Shown one piece after another: positions 59,022-64,000 of a stretch of 64,000 nucleotides of DNA (the first letter of the stretch is position 1; every line of letters starts with the position of its first letter). The notes under the pieces were generated by a model. That model did no database searches, was not told the origin of the DNA, and saw only the letters and a list, made by a program, of their open reading frames with translations. The translations under genes were made by a program, and so were the position numbers. The DNA lies in contig JBMNFY010000017.1 of assembly GCA_050949565.1 (NCBI GenBank), positions 800,001 through 864,000 on the forward strand, in the 5' to 3' direction. This DNA comes from Kiritimatiellia bacterium (GTDB lineage Bacteria; Verrucomicrobiota; Kiritimatiellia; RFP12; UBA1067).

Positions 59022-61190
59022 TTAGCCGCGCGCAGCGCGGTAGTGCGCAGCGATCTCTTCGGCAGTCAGTGCGCGCGCGTAAACCGCCACTTCGCCGCAA
59101 CGCCCCTCGAACCCGGCGTCGTTGTTTTCCGCCGTGCCGCCGACCCATATCGTTTCGGCACGCGCAGGCAACGCCTTGACCGCTGTGAGTTCGGGTGTTG
59201 TGCGCCCGTCCAGATAGACACTCACCCGCTCGCCGTCGCGAACCAGCGCCACATGGTGCCAGCTCTCTGCGGCCACCCAGTTGCGCAGCGGCACGTCTGT
59301 CTGTCCAGCGACCGCCCCGGCAAGGTCTTTGCCGGTGTGGAAGATCAACCGCCCCGGCGACCGTGCGGTACCGCTGATCGCCAACCGGTCACCCGCCGCA
59401 CCGCACGCGAACAGGTATCCGGTCACCGGCCGTGCGTCGTTCGGCATGCAGTTGTAAAACCAAAGCTCCACCGTGTAGGCGCGCCCCAGATCCGGCAATG
59501 GCGCCGTGAACGGCACGCCGACAAAGTGCGGCACGCGGCTCTCTTTACCCAGTCCAGGGAAGGCCGGTGCCTGCGCACCCGGCATGGCGTAGGCCGTCGG
59601 ATGGCCGAACGTGCCGAGGCACGCCCCGTCCACCGCATTCACGGCACTGGGCCCGTTCCATTCGTCCATGCGCCAGAAGATCGCCGGGCGGGAGGCCAGC
59701 ACGGCGGCGGCATACGGCACCACCGGTGCCGGTCGCTGCGGGCGGCGCTTTCCGTCGTACAGCCCATCCAGCAGACGCTGAACCGTCGCGATGATGGCGG
59801 GCTCGGCACCGGCCTCCAGACAACTCGAACGCGCCAGCCATGTGGTGTATCCCCCCATCGCCATCTGCTCGGGCGGCGGCAGATAACCGTCATACCCGTT
59901 GGCCAGCATCACCGTGAAGGTATGCTCGAACGGACTCTGCGCCGCGATGCGCAGTCCGGTGATCGCAAACACTTCGCAAGGAACCCCCACCATCGCCAGC
60001 GACCCGATGCGCAACGCTTGCAATTTCAGCTTCCGGGTCGGCGGCATGTCGGCCAGAATCAACTGTTCGCGCGCGTACACGCTGCTCTGTGAATCCGCCT
60101 TCTCCCGCCCGGCCTCGACATCAGCCAACACGCGCTTCGCCCACTCCGTCTTGGGAGGGCGTACCTTCAATTCCAACTCGCACTCGCGCATGTCAAGCGG
60201 CAGCCACGTCTGCCACTCGATCCGCCGATACGCACGGACCGCCGCGTTCGCCACCGTTTCAGCGATGGACTGCTTGTCAAACGGCACCCGTTTCTCCAGC
60301 GTGTAGTCAACGAGATAAGCGTCACCGCTCACGCCGTTCGCGAGCACACCGACAAACGGCTGGCCTTCGCCGCCCGCTTCGAGCAACTCGCCCACCCGCT
60401 GCGCGAAGATGCCGAAGTAGTCCGCCGAAAGCGCTGCGGACCCGACATAGTGAATGGAGAAACTCCCGAACAGGGCCAGCGGCGAGCCATCCAATCTGCG
60501 CACGGCCAGCACATTGACATCCGGATTCATCGGCCCGGACGGCTCTTCCCAATCCGGATTGCGGTGGCCGGGATGCATGGTCGCGCGTGTGGTGAGTTCA
60601 CCGAACGGATCACGCTTGATGCGGTCGGGACGGGCGATCCAGCGACGCGACTGCACCACCTCCGGCAGCTTCTCTACCGCCCACCCTACCTGAGCCGGTT
60701 CGCGCCGCTCCATGGCTTTGCTGATGCCTTCCGCGATCTTCCCCGGCAGCCAGGCGCGGTAACGCAAATCAGGATCGGTGCCCAAGATGCCGACCGACGC
60801 CGGCGCGGAGTGCGTGTGGGTGGCGGAGATGAAAATCCGCTCCGTCGGGATGCCGGTCATGCCGCTGGCCAACCGTTTGGCTTCATCCATCAACTCGCGG
60901 TCCAGCACACAGCTATCGACAACCGCCATCGCGATCTGCCCGCGACCGTCATCCAGCACCAAGCAGCGGGCGTGCAGTGGATCCAGTGCTTTTTCCGCGT
61001 AGACCGGCTTAAAGTTTCCATTCACCACGATCGGGAAATGCTCGGGCGTGATGTCCTGCGCAAAGGCTCCCGCGCGGAAAACACCCGGCCGCTGCGGAAT
61101 GATCGACCCACCCCATGTGAAACGCGGTGCCATCATCATCCCTGCAAGAGCCGTCCCCGAGACAGCCAGCATATCTCTTCGATTTACCAT
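59022..61190 (-). CDS. Tat-exported neutral-ceramidase-like hydrolase with C-terminal LamG domain
   Basis: NRRDML, DPLHARCLVL, SATHTHSAP, LANGYDGYLP; C-terminal WHHVALVR...VYLDG...VAVY.RAL. Confidence 0.8.
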   Translation of the reverse strand: MVNRRDMLAVSGTALAGMMMAPRFTWGGSIIPQRPGVFRAGAFAQDITPEHFPIVVNGNFKPVYAEKALDPLHARCLVLDDGRGQIAMAVVDSCVLDRELMDEAKRLASGMTGIPTERIFISATHTHSAPASVGILGTDPDLRYRAWLPGKIAEGISKAMERREPAQVGWAVEKLPEVVQSRRWIARPDRIKRDPFGELTTRATMHPGHRNPDWEEPSGPMNPDVNVLAVRRLDGSPLALFGSFSIHYVGSAALSADYFGIFAQRVGELLEAGGEGQPFVGVLANGVSGDAYLVDYTLEKRVPFDKQSIAETVANAAVRAYRRIEWQTWLPLDMRECELELKVRPPKTEWAKRVLADVEAGREKADSQSSVYAREQLILADMPPTRKLKLQALRIGSLAMVGVPCEVFAITGLRIAAQSPFEHTFTVMLANGYDGYLPPPEQMAMGGYTTWLARSSCLEAGAEPAIIATVQRLLDGLYDGKRRPQRPAPVVPYAAAVLASRPAIFWRMDEWNGPSAVNAVDGACLGTFGHPTAYAMPGAQAPAFPGLGKESRVPHFVGVPFTAPLPDLGRAYTVELWFYNCMPNDARPVTGYLFACGAAGDRLAISGTARSPGRLIFHTGKDLAGAVAGQTDVPLRNWVAAESWHHVALVRDGERVSVYLDGRTTPELTAVKALPARAETIWVGGTAENNDAGFEGRCGEVAVYARALTAEEIAAHYRAARG

Positions 61191-61379
61191 CTCTCCCCTC
61201 CTCTTCCTGAACGTGGCGGCCGACCACAACGGCACCGCCCCGGAATGTTCCGTTTGTTGACGGCGTTAACGTATCAAACCCCTCACCCTTTTCCAAGAAC
61301 GCAAAAGAGGTGGGCGGCGTGACCGCCGCCGGTCAAGCAGACGCTTGCCCCTCCCGATGCTCTGTGGTGAAGCGGCCAC

Positions 61380-63965
61380 TCAACGCACGATCTCGTAGAG
61401 ATACGAGGCGCAGACGGGATCGGCGGCGACATCGGCCACGAAGGTGAGCTGGCCGTCGGCGTATGTCGACGGAACCACTTGGCGGCGGCGACCGCCGGGC
61501 GTCAACGTCCACACCTGCCACGCTCCCGCTGCGAGGCGGATCTTAACGGTGGCACGTCCGGCACGCATAAGATGGGGTTGTGAACCCCACGCCAGCAGGA
61601 TGCGCCGCCCTTCATCGGCATAGGTGGTCCCTGTGTTTTGCACGTCGGTCAGATGAGTCAGCAGCAACCGGCGCGAGGAGGCGATCGGCTCGTTATCGAG
61701 GGTGCTCGCCCAGATCGTCGCGGCACTCCCGTCAAGATCGGCGACGAACGGCCCCGCCTTTACGGTGCCGCTCTCGGCGAAGCCGCCCACCGTGCGCGGT
61801 GTGTCGAGTGTGAACGAACCGGCGGCCGAATCGATCACGACGCCATCCGGCCCCGACTTCTCGACGATGGCCTTCATCTCCGCTTGCGGACGGTTGAACG
61901 GCCATACGTCAAGCGTCTCGACACCTTCGGGAGCCGCGTCCGCCACGAGCGAACCGATCTTGACGCGCCAAGCCGCCCAGTCCATCGCCCACGCGCTGGC
62001 GTAGCTGCCCTTGTGGTTGTCCGGATCGGCCAGTTTCGCGGGCGACAGCACGAATGCGCAGGTACGTTCCGCCACATCGAGGTCGCGACGCAAAAAGAGG
62101 CAGATCGACGCGCGTTCCGCAGCAAGCCCGAGCGGATCACCGGACATATCAAAGAAACCGAGCGCCTTCGCGCGGTCAAGACCGTGGCTACCGTGCGTCC
62201 AGGCGAAGCGGACCAGACCGCTCCAATCCTGCCGTGCGCCGAGCGCCCCCGTGAGGATACCGCCGACGCCGCGGAAGCGTCCCGGCGCGGCGAAATTGTA
62301 TTCCGTGATCGTGAACGGGCGGTCGAGAATCCGCGTCACCGCAAGGCGCTGCGTGCCTTGGTCAGGACCGCTCAACGGGTTTGTATTCGGACAGGAGGTC
62401 GGCAGGCTCCAGTCGCGATCCAGGAAGCGCGGATGGTCGACATAAAAGTGGTCGTCGGCGTAGTCGAACTCCCGTGCGCGGACGAGTTGCGATGCCGCGC
62501 TGTCGTTCCAGAAGTAGTTGTTCATGTTGGACGTGAGCGCCTTACACTTCATCTCCTCGCGAAGGAACTTCGTGACGCGCCGTGCAAAACGCGCCTCGAT
62601 CTCGGCGAAGGCTTTCTCATCGAACTTGTCGACGATGCCGAGTTGCTTCAAGGACCACCAGACGCCATTGAGGTTGCCCTCGTTCACAAACGAGAGCGTC
62701 GCCAGCGCGGGCTCGTCCGCAAGACGGCGTCCTGTGTATCGGTTGACGTGGCCGAGGAAAGCGCGCGCGTAAGCGAGGTAGTTTGAGAAGGCGTTCTCGT
62801 TGAAGAAAACGAGTCCCTTGAACTCCGTCATCGAGACATCGCCCGGACGGTCGAAGCCGAGCGACTTCCAAGAGATCGGACGACGGGAAACGAACAGGTC
62901 GGTCGTCATGTAGATGCCGTTTTCCACGCAAGCGGCCACCAGCGCATCGAAACGCTCCATCGCCTTCGCGTTTAGTTCCGTGGAGCCGGGGGGCGAACCT
63001 TCCACAAGACAGCTCTCGTGATGGTGGAAACGCAACATGTTGTAACCGATGCGGCGCAGGTTGCGCGCAAAGCGGCGGGCCGTCTCGGGGTCAGGCGCGT
63101 TGGCGTCGCCGCAGATATTCACGCCATAGAAGCGCTGGGGTACGCCGGGCAGCTTCTCAAACTCGAAGTGATTGCCCTTCGCTACCAGCCAGCCGTGCTT
63201 TCCGGCGGGCGCTTCCGAACTCCCCCCGCCCATGCCGGAAAAATCAAGGACCGATCCCGGTTCGATCTCGATCTCCGCCGCGAGCGGCACCCACTCTGCC
63301 CCAGCCGTCAGGCGGACCGGACCGACCTCACGGAACGCGAACGGGCGTTCGCCCGAGAAACGTGCGGCGAGTTCACCGCGAAAGCCGAACTGGAGTTCGT
63401 AGACGACGAGCCCCCAGTCGCGAATCTCGCGCACAAGAACCTCTGTCGGCTTGCGGAAGTCGACCTTGAGACGCAGGGCACCGGACGCGTCCCGCAGCGC
63501 GAACGACGTCACCCGGTCGCTACGCAACACATCGCGATTAGGGCGTCCTGCGTCAAGCGCGACCGTTTTATCGTCCGCCGTCACGCTGCCGCCGGCGTAG
63601 AGCGTTTGCGAGAATGTGGTGCGCACGGCCGCCCGTCCGGCAGACTTCGGCACGTTGTTTGTCGGCAGGCTCCAGACGGCTTCGACCGCGCCGTCGGCCG
63701 ACGTGAAGGTCGCCCGTCCTTCGATGGATTCGCCGCTCCCCTTCGGATCAAGGTTGACGCGGAAGAGATGGACAGACTTCGGTTCGGTGAACTTGGGCTC
63801 TGTCGCCGACCGACGGTTCCAGCCGTGCGCGAATACGCAGGGCTGGAAGTAGAGCGACGCATCGGGAAACTCAAGCGAACCGGCATAGCCGCCCAGAACC
63901 GGCAACGTGTCACCAACAACCGACAGCGTCAGCGCCGCCATCACTCCAAACAGAATCTTCTTCAT
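61380..63965 (-). CDS. Secreted clan GH-A (GH5-like) glycoside hydrolase
   Basis: RFYGVN, GYNMLRFHH, GIY...DL, NEG acid/base and ITEYN nucleophile motifs; signal peptide. Confidence 0.78.
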   Translation of the reverse strand: MKKILFGVMAALTLSVVGDTLPVLGGYAGSLEFPDASLYFQPCVFAHGWNRRSATEPKFTEPKSVHLFRVNLDPKGSGESIEGRATFTSADGAVEAVWSLPTNNVPKSAGRAAVRTTFSQTLYAGGSVTADDKTVALDAGRPNRDVLRSDRVTSFALRDASGALRLKVDFRKPTEVLVREIRDWGLVVYELQFGFRGELAARFSGERPFAFREVGPVRLTAGAEWVPLAAEIEIEPGSVLDFSGMGGGSSEAPAGKHGWLVAKGNHFEFEKLPGVPQRFYGVNICGDANAPDPETARRFARNLRRIGYNMLRFHHHESCLVEGSPPGSTELNAKAMERFDALVAACVENGIYMTTDLFVSRRPISWKSLGFDRPGDVSMTEFKGLVFFNENAFSNYLAYARAFLGHVNRYTGRRLADEPALATLSFVNEGNLNGVWWSLKQLGIVDKFDEKAFAEIEARFARRVTKFLREEMKCKALTSNMNNYFWNDSAASQLVRAREFDYADDHFYVDHPRFLDRDWSLPTSCPNTNPLSGPDQGTQRLAVTRILDRPFTITEYNFAAPGRFRGVGGILTGALGARQDWSGLVRFAWTHGSHGLDRAKALGFFDMSGDPLGLAAERASICLFLRRDLDVAERTCAFVLSPAKLADPDNHKGSYASAWAMDWAAWRVKIGSLVADAAPEGVETLDVWPFNRPQAEMKAIVEKSGPDGVVIDSAAGSFTLDTPRTVGGFAESGTVKAGPFVADLDGSAATIWASTLDNEPIASSRRLLLTHLTDVQNTGTTYADEGRRILLAWGSQPHLMRAGRATVKIRLAAGAWQVWTLTPGGRRRQVVPSTYADGQLTFVADVAADPVCASYLYEIVR

Positions 63966-64000
63966 CTTTACGTGAACCCTTTCTAATCCACCCGGCGCTA

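Overview
A GC-rich bacterial chromosome segment. The gene repertoire suggests a PVC-superphylum anaerobe such as Kiritimatiellota; this is an inference, not a database result. (1) Bases 1-11386, minus strand, hold what looks like an undescribed polymorphic toxin/immunity locus. A 1717-aa secreted protein (signal peptide, NIDO-like region, RCC1 propeller, DxDGDG Ca-binding repeats, a conserved Cys-rich domain) ends in an NlpC/P60-CHAP-like tip. Downstream lie membrane-anchored immunity-like genes and leaderless cassettes that repeat the conserved region up to the junction GRIIVP[KR]I and then switch to other tips: a Zn metallopeptidase, an unknown domain and a 30-aa variant amidase tail. (2) Bases 11.8-52 kb are mostly carbohydrate catabolism: galE, several Gfo/Idh/MocA oxidoreductases, an atypical glycyl-radical enzyme with its activase, glycosidases and an enolase-superfamily enzyme. 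This stretch also has a PIN toxin-antitoxin pair, two near-identical IS4-family elements that truncate neighbours, two disrupted genes and dense intergenic repeat mosaics. A 99-bp palindromic element sits in-frame inside the signal peptides of two unrelated genes. (3) Bases 53-59 kb are housekeeping: tRNA-Gly, tRNA-Lys, adk, map, rpmJ, rpsM, rpsK, rpsD, rpoA, rplQ, rnhB. Two secreted hydrolases close the window.
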